Below are positions 12,301-25,657 of a stretch of DNA of 64,000 nt, in pieces. The notes under the pieces are model-generated. The model was not told where the DNA came from. It was given only the letters and a program-made list of their open reading frames with translations, and searched no databases. The DNA comes from Saccostrea cucullata. Lineage: Eukaryota. The stretch covers positions 248,001 through 312,000 of the forward strand of contig NW_026929305.1 in the NCBI RefSeq assembly GCF_032062105.1, given 5' to 3'. Each line of letters opens with the position of its first letter. The stretch's first letter is position 1. Position numbers and translations under genes: made by a program.

Positions 12301-15300
12301 GTACTATTGGACATAACAAAAATTGTCCATATTTCAGTGAGGATCAAATGCAGAGACTTGGTTAAGAAGATAGCTATTTATAGACACAGACTAGCAGTAA
12401 GTCATTTAGTATTTGCTTTCATTCATACAAAATAATTAATGTAATAAATCATAAGTTAGTACAAATTTTAACCATTGAAAGATAAAACTTTTCATTTTAG
12501 GTACAGCTACCGGACAAGATAGTTATATACAAAAAGCTGTACTCGGACGATGTAAAATTGATATGTTACAAAGTCAAGGAGAAGATTAACAAGAAGTTTG
12601 AGTGTAATCTCCTTGTGGTTTGTTTTCCCAAAATATCATTCTTTGTCAGGTAAGCTGAAATAAAAACCTTGTAGATAAATTTTATAATTCTGAATACAAT
12701 ATTATCTTAAATTCATCTTCTAAATATTCTCATAACTACATAATTTTGATTGAAGCACCATTTGCAAAATAGAATCACAAGCTTTGATTTTTTTTTTTTT
12801 TTTTGTAAATAAATGTTGAGATTTGATATAAATTGAAATTATAAGTTTATGTTTGATATTTTGCAATTTTATGTCTACATGCAGCCATTTTTGCTATATG
12901 ATGTAAAATATGAAAGTTACAGTTTAGAAAGCATGCAGTATGTTCCTAAGTGTGCAGTCAAAATCAAAGACATACAGAGCGTGTCTAACATTTAATTGAT
13001 TTATATAGATGTAGGATTTTGTACCATATTGTTCTATATTTGAATAGGAAAAATCAGTGCTACTCAAGTTCCAAGGAATCATGTGAGCGGGAATGGCTGA
13101 TGGAGTCCATATATCGATTTACATCAAGGTCATATTTAGGTCGCGAGGGGCTCATTGGTTTAAAAATGGGCAGGTACGTGTCACGCCCAATCACCCGCTG
13201 GGCAGCGAGGCTCTTCTGGTTGGCCTGAAGAATGGTCAGGTGGGTGCTTGACCTTTCAAAAATTCACCTCCACAAGGTCATCCTTTAACCACCTTTTCAT
13301 TAAAGGCCAACCTGAATATTTGTAATTAATATATTGTTCTGTTTATGTCAAAAGTATATTCCTGCACTATTGTTTTTTTATAAAATGTGTATCTTAATTC
13401 AACACTTGTACTGATATACATATACTTTTGGTAATGGTTCTGTTATGTTGTGGGGAGGGGGTAATGTCTCTTTTTCTCATTTCGACATACTTTCAGGAAT
13501 TTTGATAAAGTTTTGAATATACATATACTGTGCATATAGCTCTAATTGCAGTTTTTTACCAAGATAACATGAAGTATAAAAAAAATTTTGAATTTTAACA
13601 ATTATGCCTTGAAAATTCATTGAAACAAATAATTTTAAAAATTATTTTGATGATATGTATATCAAAAAGATGACAATGTTTTTGTGTTAAATGCTTAAAG
13701 CAGAGTAAGTCAATGAAATTTGACATTTATGCCTAACAAAGCTGGCTTTTTGGAAACACAACGGTCTGGTGTATGACATCAACATTAAAATTTTTCTCTC
13801 CTTGTATATACAATGTACAGGGAGGTAAATAGTGAAGTAAAATTTTAATTATTTGGGATTCGAAAGCTGCATTTAAACAATGATTTTGCATTTTAAATAA
13901 AGTTGAAAGTTTGTAAAATTTTCAAAAATAACGAAAATTAATCATTTTCAGGAATTATTTAGCTAGGTGTGTTTACATCCTTAACTGCAATTTTTTTGTA
14001 CATTTACATGTATTTTGCTAAATTTAGTGACATTGATTTTGTTAACATAAGAAAAATTTGAAATTCAATTGTTTCATGAATGCAATATTTCAATTTCATG
14101 TATTTCAAAAACTTAAGTTTTAATATGAATCTGTTGATAGATAAGTAGTACTTATTGATTTAATATTTTTGGCTTTCTTTCTACAGGAACCGAATGCTAA
14201 CAGTGTAGCCTGGAATACACACTATGAAGACATGCTCTGTTTTTCTGGGAATGGGTTACTCAACATCAAGGCCAGCAATTTCCCAGTTCATGTTCAGAAG
14301 CTTCAAGTAAGGGTCGACTTTGGAGTTTGTGTGGAATCTTATAAAGAAATGATACAAATTTATGTAGAAAGACTATCTTACATTCACTAATTTGTATTTA
14401 ATCCTAATTTTTTTTTTCTTTGGTTATTAGGAGGTAAGAGTGATTTATGATTGTTCAGTTTTTTTTTGTACTTTGTTGACATGTTTGATTAGTTCTTAGC
14501 TCTGCAAAGCCAAAGGCTCAAGTGAGCTTTTCTGATTAAAATGGTCCATATGTCTGACTGTCTGTATTTATTTACATTTAGTGTATATGTGTATACTATG
14601 AGCATATTCAGTATAGTTTAAGCTTGGGCCATTAAGAAAAATATTTCATATTGATTATTTGCAAACTAATTAGTGTTTTTTCAATCATTTGACTTACTTT
14701 GGTTCCAAAAAAGGTGTTTCCTTTACATAAATTTATCTGGTAAAGGGGTAGGGGGAGAGTGCTTGGCTAAGTGTTTTTGCCCATGGGCCTCTTGTTCCAA
14801 GTTGCTGCACTCTTTACTGCACTCTTTGCAAAGCTGAATATCTTTAAATTCTTAAGGGATAGAAGGTATTGCTGTGAAAAATGGTCATGGTTACAGCTGT
14901 ATATCAACTTAGATTTAGATGGGATTTTTTTCACTTAACACAGTGTACATTTATTAATATGTACTTGAAAAAAAAGATACATCCATAAAAAAATGTGAAC
15001 ACAGTTGTACACGCATGTACATTTACATTCATGAAATTATTGCTGTTATTGTTTGTTTGCTATAACATGTACTTGGCCCTTTTGGTTTAATTAAACTGAA
15101 TGATGGTTTCAGTATAAAATAGAATAAGGATGACAGCATATTCATAATTTAGTTTGTAGGGCTGACATAAATCTGTACTTTACTTACTAATTTTCTATAT
15201 GACACTGTAGAATTAAAATTTACATTGTGTGTTTTTATGACGGGGTTTTATAGGTTTCATTGGATCTAAGATTTTGATCTAACAATGTATATTGTGTTTA

Positions 15301-18300
15301 CAGGGTTTTGTGGTGGGCTTCAGTGGATCTAAGATTTTCTGTCTCCACATCTACTCCATGTCCTCAGTGGATGTTCCACAATCAGCCTCCATGTACCAGT
15401 ACCTAGAAAAGAAACTCTTCAAGTAAGTACAGACATCCAACACACTGCCAAGTCTTGTTTATAAGAAATTTCTATCCAGATATTTGTATAGAAAGGGGTA
15501 GGGGACATTATTTTTTGTAAAGAAAATGGTTTCCAAGTAATGTGTTTGGGTAAATTTCATCCTAATATTGCCTCCAACAATGGGACAATTAACTTTTCTT
15601 TAACACAACTGTTCATGGGAAAATTCAAAAGGAAAGAAATTGAAAGTGTAATAGGGCAAAATAAACATGATAGAAAGTACTAGCCCTTTGTAGGGTATTT
15701 GCAAAGGATATCTTGATTGGTGTAATAACAAAGTGTGCTGATTGTATTCTGCTCCTAACATAACCATTGATGTTCTTTAAAAAAGTTAAATGATAACAAA
15801 GCAAAAGACTTTAAATATTCTCATGTGAATTACTATAATTGCTTGCATATAAGCTCACTGAACCCTTTAATTTCTAGGGATGCCTACAAGGTAGCCTGTT
15901 TAGGGGTGACAGACGGGGACTGGGAAGTTCTGGCCCATGAGGCTCTTGAGGGGTTGGACTTCGACACGGCCAAGAAAGCCTTCATCAGAATCAAGGATCT
16001 CCGCTATCTGGAGCTCATCCACTCCATAGAGGTCTGTATTTTCTCTGGTTACAGTGTATGGAAATGTTAGGTGTGTTCAACTGAGGAGAAAAGAGTAAAA
16101 AAGAATGGATAAATCTGAATAAAATAATAATATTAGAGCAGTATTTAAAAAAGAATTTTATTTGATTTCAGGAGAGGAAAAAGAGAGGTGAAAATGACAA
16201 CATGATCTTCCTTGGAGATGTGTACAGTTACCAAGGGAAATTCAACGAGGCCGCCAAACTGTACAAAAAAGCCGGAGGAGAACAGAAGGCCATGAATATG
16301 TATACAGACCTCAGGATGTTTGACCAAGCCAAGGTTTAATAAACAACATTATATACAGAATTCTTAAAATGTTTTCATAATAAATTGCAAATTACATTTT
16401 AAATAAAATTATTAAACATGTGCTCATTTTACAATAAAAAGTTAGCACTGATGTTAGAATATCAAGATATTTGTCACTGACCAGGTGTACTGAATCGATT
16501 GGAATATGTTTATTTAGGATTCAGATATTAAGTAAGTAAGCTGTATTTACAGGAATACATTGGCTCTGGAGACCCTCTGGATAAGAAGATGCTAATTACT
16601 AAGCAGGCTGACTGGGCCAAGAGCAGTAATGAGCCAAAGGCTGCTGCTGAAATGTACATTTCAGCTGGGGAGTACTGTAAGGCTATTGACATTGTAGGGG
16701 AACACGGATGGGCTGACATGTAAGATTTAATTTTAACTACAATGAAGGTTTTGGTCCAAATGATACATGTATTTATTTACATGGACATATATGCATGCTT
16801 CTGCATTTGTAAACCATTTTGGTATTATGAACAAGAACTTGGATTTGTTTCTTTATTATCTTGATCATGTAGAGTTCTGAATGTTCCTGTGACTAAAACA
16901 AAAATGATATATATTTGAAAATTGACCTATTTACAGGATGATAGACCTGGCCCGTAAGCTAGACAAGGCTGACCGTGAAGCTCTGAGTCGAGCCGCCATG
17001 CACTTGACCAAAATGGAGCAGTACCCCTTCGCTGCTGAAGTGTACAGTAAAATGGGAGATATTAAAGCCCTCATAAACCTTCATGTAGAGGCCAAACACT
17101 GGGAAGATGTATGAATAACTTTCACTTGATTTCTTGTTAAAAATAAAATTTTACCCCCTAAAGTCTTGCAGTATGCACTGTTTGGCTGTTTGGTGTACTG
17201 TAGATTCCTTATTTTTCGCGAGTACTTATTATCGCGAATGGGCTCTTCACCGTCAAATTGCGAGAATAACAATTTGCGAATGGACAGTTGATCAAGAGAT
17301 TTTACATAGATTTCAGCACCAGAAAAATAAAGGCGAGTAATTTTATTTCGCACGTGGCGCTTCTCGCGAAATTACGCGATAATTAATTACACGCGTATAT
17401 TTAGGAATCTACAGTAATTTGAATAAAGGCATGTCAACATCTACTGCAAGGCCAAGCTCTTGATAGTTTTATGACAAGTAGTGATAATTTAAAATATATA
17501 TCCCTTTTAATAATGACTGTATCTCTGTGGCAGGCCTTCGCTCTGGCTGAAAAACACCCTGAGTACAAGGAGGAGGTTTATGTACCGTACGCTCAATGGC
17601 TCGCCGAGAACGACAAGTTTGATGATGCTCAAGAGGGTGAATATTCTAAACTATTTCTGTTAAAATGTCTGATTTTTTTTTAACAAGAGACATAAATTTA
17701 AGGGAAGGGAGTTGAAATGTTCTTTTTTTGTAGCATTCCATAAGGCTGGTCTGCAGGGGGAGGCAGTCAAGGTCCTGGAACAGCTAACACACAATGCTGT
17801 TATTGAGAGTCGCTTCAATGATGCCGGGTAATATTTCTGGAAAATCTCCATGCAGTGTCTGGATATAGCAAGAGGTGGGTGACCTAACAAGAGCAACATC
17901 ACTTAAGATTTTTTTCCATGATGCTTTTCGTTGTTTTTTTTGTATTTTTGTCAGTTGTAGTAATATAATATAAAACTACCTTTCTGAAAATCTGAGTTGT
18001 TTTTGCCTGTTTTCAGAAGAAGAAGATGGTTTGTATTTGTATTCAGGGTTATTTTGTTGCTTCAATGGCTAACATTAAAATATTCTTGATATGTGAAAAA
18101 AAATTAGAAGTTCATTGTCCCTAGTCCAGCTATAAGTCTTTGAAAAACAAGGGTTTGTTATAGTGCCAGTCTTTTTTACTGTGGAATTTATGTCAGTATT
18201 TTTCAGAAGTTTTATTTTCAAGAATTTACAGTCTCATCAAAAATCGTAATTGAAATCTTCAACAAGACATTCAGCTTCTTAAAAATTGAAAAATATTTCC

Positions 18301-21300
18301 CACAAACTCTAAATTTTTAGTTATCCTCAAATTTTGGCAACCACAAATTAAAATGATTCCACAGTACCTATGTAACAGCCAGAAAGTCCATTTTTAGGAG
18401 TTTCAAGAAATAGATATCGCTGAATTCCAATTTTTTGAGCTAGTATGAACGGTTATCATGGCGAGTTAAAAATTGTTTGCAAATTTGTCAGCCATTCTGT
18501 AAAAGATATAGTTCTAAGCATGATTGGGAGATTGAAATGGTTGTATATGCTTAGAAATGCTAAAAAGATGCTAATAGCTGGTGGAAAATGAAACTAGCAT
18601 GAAAGATTTACAAGAGCTTTAGTTGATACCCCTTAAAATGAGAAAAAGAATTTGATATATCATGTATTAGAGAGCTACAAATCTATGTTTAGTATGATGT
18701 ATATTGAGTATTAAGAAGAAGAGTTGTATGTTTTAGTTCTTGCACATGTACATATGTCTGATCTTTCTAAATTTCTGCTTTATACAGAGAACAGTGGTAT
18801 GAATAATTGTAAACTTGCACCCTTTCATTTTATACCACACAATTAAGATTGGAGTGACATTCAGATTTATTATTGTTGACCCATGTGTTGAAATTTTATT
18901 CATGCAGAAACACCCCCACCCCCAAAGATTCGATGAAAAAATGACAAATATACTCCCTGCACAGAACCTGACCTAATTAAGTTTTAGTTTTCTGATAACA
19001 TGTAACACGAATTTTAGTCTGATTTTACTTTGTGTGCTTGCTGTGATATAAATTTTTTTTTGTTTTTTAATAAAATGTTAATTAATGGGGGTACAAAAAA
19101 GTATATTGAGTGTTCTTATCCTTTTTTGTTGTTACACTGTTTATGATATTGTAATACTTGGTATCTTGAAGTGTGAATATTGACAAAAATTATGTTATTG
19201 TTTAACTTGTAACTTCTGATCTTCGGAATATTTTTTGACCTGTCATGTTTTTACTGCTCAGGAGCATGAATTAAGTAGCTTAACTGGGATCATATTTATT
19301 GTGAGCTCTGCACTCTATATTATCATCCTTTTTTCCACCTTAATTTCATCAGTTTTATCTTGGCTCCTTTTGTAGAGGATTCAGAGAAACGAGAAGAAAT
19401 GTTTGCCAAGTTCCAAGACTATCAGAGGAAGGCTGACATGTATTACGCCTACCATTCCATTCAAAGATATACAGTAAGTCTAGCATTCTAGAGAGAAGCA
19501 AGTTTAGATTTAACTCTGTAGCTTTGTTTTAAATGTCTTGAAATACAATTTGCAAGCATGCACATGTATTTGTTTAGAAAAGGGTATCTCTTTCAGGATC
19601 CCCAAAAATCTTTGTACATTATTGCACTATTATTTAATGAATAGGTTTTTTTGATATCCCATAGTCCTTGCATTCAATATGATATGTGTTGTTTCATGTC
19701 AGTACTAGTAATCACTTGAATTGAATGTGTCTGTTTCAGGATGAGCCTTTCACATCACATCTACCAGAAGCCCTGTTTAACATTTCTCGATATCTGCTTC
19801 ATATGATCCAGAGTGGAATACCACACGGAATCTCTAAAGTGTATCCTTCGTTTAATTGATTTGGTTTTAATACAGTACATTTAACTTTGGTTAAAGATCC
19901 ATGTGCTACTTTAAAATATGAATGCCTTTCAATTTAATTCTTCTTATTTAAAATAACTTAAACAGACTTCAGAAGAAATTTACAAGTCCATACAGTTCTG
20001 GTACATTGCAAACAAAAATATTTCAAAGAATGAAATTTTTTCAGTTAGAACCATTTTGAACTATAGAAATCAGTAAAGAAATTGCTCATTTTTGAATATT
20101 CCTTAATTGAGTGTTAAGAGGGACACTATATGCATTAGCCAAGCAGAGTAAGAACCTGGGAGCCTTTAAGTTGGCTCGTTACGCCTATGAGAAGTTACAG
20201 ACACTGAGGATACCCAGTAGATTCCAGGAGGCTGTAGATCTAGGTAGTGTGATGATCCGATCCAAGGCATTCCAAGACTCCGAGGTATTGTACATGTGTA
20301 TAAATTGGACAATGGCTAATTTTATGTTTTATGTATCGTTAATAAGTATGATGCATTTTCAATTTGAAAGTTTTTTTTTTTTGTTTAAATCTGAATTTGG
20401 TTGTTGTTTTGATTTAGGAGCTCCTTCCCATGTGTTACCGCTGTTCCACCACAAACCCTCTTCTGAACAATGGAGGAAACTGCTGTGTCAACTGTAGACA
20501 ACCATTTGTCCACTCTTTTGTCTCATTTGGTGAGGTTTTTTTTTTATAACTTAATTTCTTTTACACTTAAAAGCAATATTTTTGTTAAATTGAAAAAAAA
20601 TGAAATTGAAAATAAGCGAATAGGGAAACGGAAATCTGCGCGACAGATTTATTTTTAAAATGTGATGAAAAAGATGCAAAATTTAATAAAGATAGTCTTT
20701 GCTTAATGAAGACTTAATACATGTTTATCTGTTGTTTTACAGAGGTGCTGCCGCTGGTGGAGTTTGTGTTAGACAGCAGTCTGACGGACGAGGAGGCTGT
20801 ACAGATCCTGGACCTGTCTATACCCAAACAGAAGAAAGAGGATCGAGGCTGGAAGGAGGGGCGCATCGGACGTATCCTTAATATCACAATGATAAAGTCA
20901 TGCTGAGTCAAACTGACATTAGATTTATGCAGTTTTAGAGAGATATGTTCCAAGATATGCTCAGGATCTTTTGTCTGAGAGTAATAAAATTTATGAATTA
21001 CATATCAAAGATAAATTCAAGAGAAGTTCATGAGAGAATTTTAAATTTGTTTTCCTGTTCCAAGGATAATTTTTGCATTTTTAGGTCACCTGAGTAACTC
21101 AGGTGACCTATTGCTATCCGTTTTCGTCTGTCGTCGTCAGTCGTCCGTTGTGCGTCGTGTGTTAACATTTGAACATTTTCAGCTTCTTCTCTGAAACCAC
21201 TGAACCAATGTCAACCAAATTTGCTATACAGTATCTATGGGTGAAGGGAAACAAAAATTGTGAATTTCATGATCCCTGCCCCCCTGGGGCCTGAGGGGTG

Positions 21301-21482
21301 GGGCCAAAACCTCTAAAATTAGTGCAATCTTTAAAAATCTTCTTCTTTACTCCTGAACATTAAGCAGGCAAACTGTTGGCATGAATGTAATGAGCATTGA
21401 GTCTTCTACCAAAATTGTGAAATTCATGGCCCCAGGGTCAGGGGTTCTAGTGCTAGGACGGGGCTATATAGATTATATAGTG

Positions 21483-21516
<34 letters not shown>

Positions 21517-23955
21517 GCTCCTGGGTATTAAATAAACTAACTGAGTACATAGTTATGATGAGCAAGAGTGCCTCTTCCAGATTTGTGAATTTTATGGCCC
21601 CAGGGTCAGGGGTTCTGGTGTTAGGGCGGGGCTCTATTGATTATATAGTGAAAATGCATTTATTCTTTGAAAATCTTCTTCTCTGCTTCTGGATATCAAA
21701 TAAACTAACTAAGCACATAGTTATAATGAGTAAGAGAGCCTTTTCCAAAATCATAAATTTCATGGCCCCAGGTTCAGGGGTTCTGGTGTTAGGGCGGGGC
21801 TCTATTGATTATATAGTGAAAATGCATTTATTCTTTGAAAATCTTCTTCTCTGCTTCTGGATATCAAATAAACTAACTAAGCACATAGTTATAATGAGTA
21901 AGAGAGCCTTTTCCAAAATCATAAATTTCATGGCCCCAGGTTCAGGGGTTCTGGTGTTAGGGCGGGGCTCTATTGATTATATAGTGAAAATGCATTTATT
22001 CTTTGAAAATCTTCTTCTCTACTTCTGGGTATTAAATAAACTAATTAAGTACATAGTTATGATAGGCAAGAGAGCCTTTTCCAAAATTGTGAATTTCATG
22101 GCCCCAGGGTCAGGGGTTCTAGTGCTAGGGCAGGGCTCTATAGAATATATAGTGAAAATGCATTAATTCTTTGAAAATCTTCTTCTCTGCTTCTGGGTAT
22201 TAAAAAAACTAAGTAAGTACATAGTTATGATTAGCAAGAGTGCCTTTTCCAAAATTGTGAATTTTATGGCCCCAGGATTAGGGGTTCTGGTGTTAGGGCG
22301 GGGCTCTATTGATTATAAAGTAAAAATACATTAATTCTTTGAAAATATTTTCCTTTGCTTCTTGGTTTTATGCCAATGATCCAAGTACATGTATATATAT
22401 TTATGATAAAGAAAGGTGCATCTTGCAAAGAGTTTTTTTTTATGCCCCCTGGGTCAGAAGGGTGGGGGGGGGTACATAGTCTGAAAATAAATTAATGCTT
22501 TGAAATCTGCTCTTTGGTATTAATCAACCATTTTATGATAAAATTTGCAAAATTTTTAAATATGTGGCCCCAGGTCAGTGGTTCCTTTGGGGTGAGGTGC
22601 ACAACTGGGTATAAAGTGGAAGTGCATTTTCTCTTTGTTACTCTGATCTACCTCTGGGTATTAAGTAAATAGAGTAAGCATGCTAAGTTAATAATTATGA
22701 TAAGCAATGGTGCCTCTTTCAAAATTGTGAATTGTGAATTTCATGGCCTCTGGTTTAAAACGCGAACCAAATTTAATTGTTTGAAAGTTGTTACAATATA
22801 CTCAGGTGACCTATAAGGCCCGTGGGCCTCTTGTATATATTTCTATATCCGTGTATAAGTGTGATGAATTTGGCCCATATATGAGTTAATGTAGGAGGTA
22901 GTAGTTTGCCTTGACTGGCTTTAAGATGCCCAGACTCTGAGTTTAGGTCAAGCTCAGGATGATGAACCTGAGGATGAGGACCCATTCTCAGCCAAACTCA
23001 TGACCTTTGATGTAAGTAAAGAGGGATTTATAGTGCAAATAGGAATTTGATAGTAAAGGTTTTTTGGGGTTGTTTCTGTCTTTTAAATTCAGTATTGTTT
23101 TATGCACTCTATTCATTTAATGGAAATTAAGTTTGTATTACATTTTACTATTTACAGCAAGAAGAAACAGAATTCCGTCCCGTGGTTGTAACAAAATCTG
23201 TTCTACAAACTTTATCTAGATCAGAGGTTTACATTCTTAAGTGGCCTAAACCACTGAGATACCAGTTCTTCAGATCCCTACTGCCTGATGTCACTATAAC
23301 TCAGTGTCCTAAGTGTAATAAGGTAATATATTACATTTCTTAGTGTAAAATGTCAAATCATTACACGGTTTGCATGCAGCAAACATACTGTAAATCACTA
23401 TTTATTCACGAGAACTTTATTTTCGCGTAATTACGCGAGACAGTGTGCTCGCGAAAATTTAATTCTCGCGTATTATAGCATTCCTTATGATTATATAGAG
23501 TAATAACCACAATTCGTGAAAATTTTGTCTTGCTAATCAAGAGTCAATGACTATCTCGCGAAAATAAGGTGTCGCGAAAATTAAGTGATCTACAGTACTA
23601 AGGTCTTAGGTCAAAACTTTCAAATTTCCTAAAGTATAATGTATTGCCAGTATTTGATCACTATTACTCTTTGTCCCAAGTGTAATAATAAGTTATATTA
23701 AAGAATTTTTTATGGGAAATGCAGTGTAGTTTAATTAATTTAATCATCATTACACTGCCAAAAAATATTTTGAAACCTACAAAAAAAAGAAAATTCAGCA
23801 GTTTTTTATTCACTCTCATAGAGATTATTTTGTTGTTATCATTCAGTAAATGTGATTATTTGTTCTATTGTCAGTTGTTCCACACTGATGACTTTGAACT
23901 CCAGTATCTTCAGAAAGGTCACTGCCCATTCTGTAGGAGCACCTTAGAGGACTGA
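3311..23955 (+). CDS. IFT122: Intraflagellar transport protein 122 homolog (IFT-A, WD40 repeats, C-terminal Zn-binding motifs)
   Basis: Starts [10 protein letters not shown]...[26 protein letters not shown] and ends [15 protein letters not shown]. Exons: 3311-3369, 3626-3856, 4304-4380, 4769-4902, 5874-5953, 6619-6694, 7276-7467, 7884-8022, 12338-12396, 12501-12649 (indels), 13048-~13239 (corrupted), ~13660-13800 (degraded), 14187-14306, 15304-15422, 15878-16031, 16172-16333, 16553-16719, 16937-17108, 17534-17636, 17734-17874, 19376-19473, 19740-19840, 20119-20284, 20418-20529, 20743-20871, 22926-23011, 23158-23322, 23875-23955. AATAAA near 24346. Confidence 0.95.
5090..5768. mobile_element. 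Non-autonomous DNA transposon, CAGGG termini, 5-bp TSD (hAT5-like)
   Basis: gaatt|cagggatttatc...gataaatccctg|gaatt; the inverted repeat extends imperfectly (tttactaccg/cggtagtaaa). Confidence 0.75.
6779..7195. mobile_element. CAGTAAAACT-family MITE containing a nested CTGTA-family MITE (6865-7095)
   Basis: Outer ends ta|cagtaaaacttg...caagttttactg|ta align with the empty copy at 979-1152; inner element ta|ctgta...tacag|ta. Confidence 0.75.
8294..9188. mobile_element. Non-autonomous TIR transposon with CAT termini and 7-bp TSD (P-element-like)
   Basis: atattat|catacatgttaac...gttaacatgtatg|atattat; subterminal ctaccg repeats. Confidence 0.7.
9666..11256 (+). mobile_element. Non-autonomous Helentron (HINE) with internal ~146-bp satellite array
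   Basis: 5' ttttagctcacctcaacgaa, (cgtcgg)n microsatellite, about 8 tandem monomers (ataagccct...gcttcggatgctgaatctgacctac), 3' subterminal inverted repeat ttcgttgaggtgagct plus hairpin gtaatc-tct-gattac. Confidence 0.85.
14496..14797 (+). mobile_element. Short degenerate HINE
   Basis: 5' ttagctc...aaaggctcaagtgagct and 3' gcccatgggcctcttgtt, resembling the end of the HINE at 21079-22835. Confidence 0.5.
17198..17414. mobile_element. CTGTA-terminus MITE, TA TSD
   Basis: ta|ctgtagattcct...aggaatctacag|ta. Confidence 0.8.
19841..20118 (+). other. U12-type (minor spliceosome) GT-AG intron in IFT122
   Basis: Donor GTATCCTT; branch site TTCCTTAAT close to the AG; no polypyrimidine tract; restores reading ISKV|GTLYALAKQ. 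Confidence 0.85.
20872..22925 (+). other. Second U12-type GT-AG intron in IFT122, expanded by a HINE insertion
   Basis: Donor GTATCCTTA; branch site GCCTTGAC about 10 nt before the AG; frame EGRIGH|AQTLSL...EDPFSAKL maintained. Confidence 0.8.
21079..22835 (+). mobile_element. HINE with internal ~168-bp satellite array
   Basis: 5' palindrome aggtcacctgagt-a-actcaggtgacct, (gtc)n microsatellite, about 6-7 monomers (ttcatggccccagggtcaggggttct...), 3' actcaggtgacct plus hairpin aggccc-gt-gggcct. Confidence 0.88.
23388..23595. mobile_element. CTGTA-terminus MITE, TA TSD
   Basis: ta|ctgtaaatcact...agtgatctacag|ta. Confidence 0.8.
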
Positions 23956-25028
23956 AAAATTAAGGAGCAAAAAAGGAATTAGAACCCATTTTACAATGAG
24001 GAAGAAAAGCTAGTGATCACGAATCATGATCTAAACCAAGAAAGAAAACTCGGATACAAAGTCCTAGTGAAAGTCCTGCCTAAAATATAGTGTATGCATC
24101 TCTCAGAATCTCTTGTTCAACTTCAGTGGGGGGAAGTCCTTCATATTTCCTCTCGGCAAATCCTCTGATGCTGTTTTGTTAATGTCTTTATTTTGGGTAA
24201 ATCCATCTTTAAACTGATATTTGTATTTAAGTGTGATGAAAGGATTTTGTAATTTATATTTTTGTAAGTTCACTGTTGAAAAGAAGAACATTCTCAGTAA
24301 TTTATTTACACTGTAAGATTAATGTTGTATAATGATGATATGACCAATAAAAAAATATTAAATATTTAAGATTTATCAAAATTTATCCACGTATGTTCGG
24401 AGGATGTCCCAAATGAATGAAAGGTATATGTAGAAAGTTGCCTATCAAAGGATGAGTTAGACCAATGCTTAATTTAAAATCAATTTTGAAAGGGGCAAGT
24501 GGGAGGGGGTTGTTGAAGTGATGGATTGGAATGATTAATTTTTTTTCAAAATTAAATACCCATTAATTTTTTAAAGTAAATTGTAATGTTTTGAAGTTAC
24601 TTTTTTAGAAGAAATATTGATTGAAGTGATTTATTAATACAAAGTTACAAATATTTAGCAACCGTAGCTCATTTTCTGACCCTGATTTTTAAAAAGGGAA
24701 AGGGGGGGGGGGTCCAGTCTAATGTATTTGAGGATATTTTTAATTCACTTGTCTGCTGTTTAGGGACAATATTTTCAAATAAAGCAAAGATGGGTGAATA
24801 AAGGGGACAAATGTTTATTATGTGACTAAATTAAAATTCAGTTATAACAAAATATTCTTTGACATTTCATTAAGAATTAATGTATGCTTCAGGTCAAATG
24901 TCCACAAAGCGCAACAATCTCTCAAAGATTGAAATTAGTCATCTTTGAAATTGCATATTCCAGAGAGGGGAAAATTATCATTTCTTTATACCCCAACTAT
25001 TTTTTCATTCATGTATAAAAGGGTTTTC

Positions 25029-25657
25029 TACGACGGCGTACTCGTGCCATTTCAACAATGTAGAAATTTTTTTTTAAATCGTTTGAACGATTTAAAAAAA
25101 AAATTTGTACGATTTAACAAAATTGTTTGTAAAATTTAATAAATCGTTTGTACAATTTAATAAATCGTTTGTACGATTTAATAAGTCGTTTGTACGATTT
25201 AATAAATTGTTTGTACAATTTAGTAAATCGTTTGTACAATTTAATTAATCGTTTGTACAATTTGTTTGTTAAATCGTTTGTACAAGTCAGTTTATTAAAT
25301 CGTTTGTACAATTTATTAAATCGTACAAACAATTTTTTAAATCGTACAAACGTTTTCTTAAATCGTAAAAACGGTTTCCTAAATTGTTCAAACGATTTAT
25401 AAAAATCGTACAAACTATTTTAAAAAATTGTATAAACAATTTAATAAATTGTACAAACGATTCAATAAATTGTACAAACGATTTAACAAACAAATTGTAC
25501 GATTTATTAAATTGTACAAACGACTTATTAAATTGTACAAACGATTTATTAAATTGTACAAACGATTTATTAAATCGTACAAACGATTTATTAACTCGTT
25601 CAAACGATTTAAAAAAAAAATTCTACATTGTTAAAATGGCACGAATACGCCGTCGTA
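25029..25657. mobile_element. Foldback non-autonomous element with TAC...GTA termini and 6-bp TSD (IS3EU-like)
   Basis: gttttc|tacgacggcgtactcgtgccattt...aaatggcacgaatacgccgtcgta|gttttc; arms are built of inverted 21-bp tandem repeats (aatttaataaatcgtttgtac). Confidence 0.8.

Noticed and set aside
21381-22166. 261-aa ORF with 56-aa repeats
   Set aside because: Artefact of a 168-bp satellite (multiple of 3) inside a HINE in an IFT122 intron.
3311-23955. IFT122 as a pseudogene
   Set aside because: Lesions are confined to one ~1.3-kb patch with the look of consensus error; the other exons and splice sites are intact.
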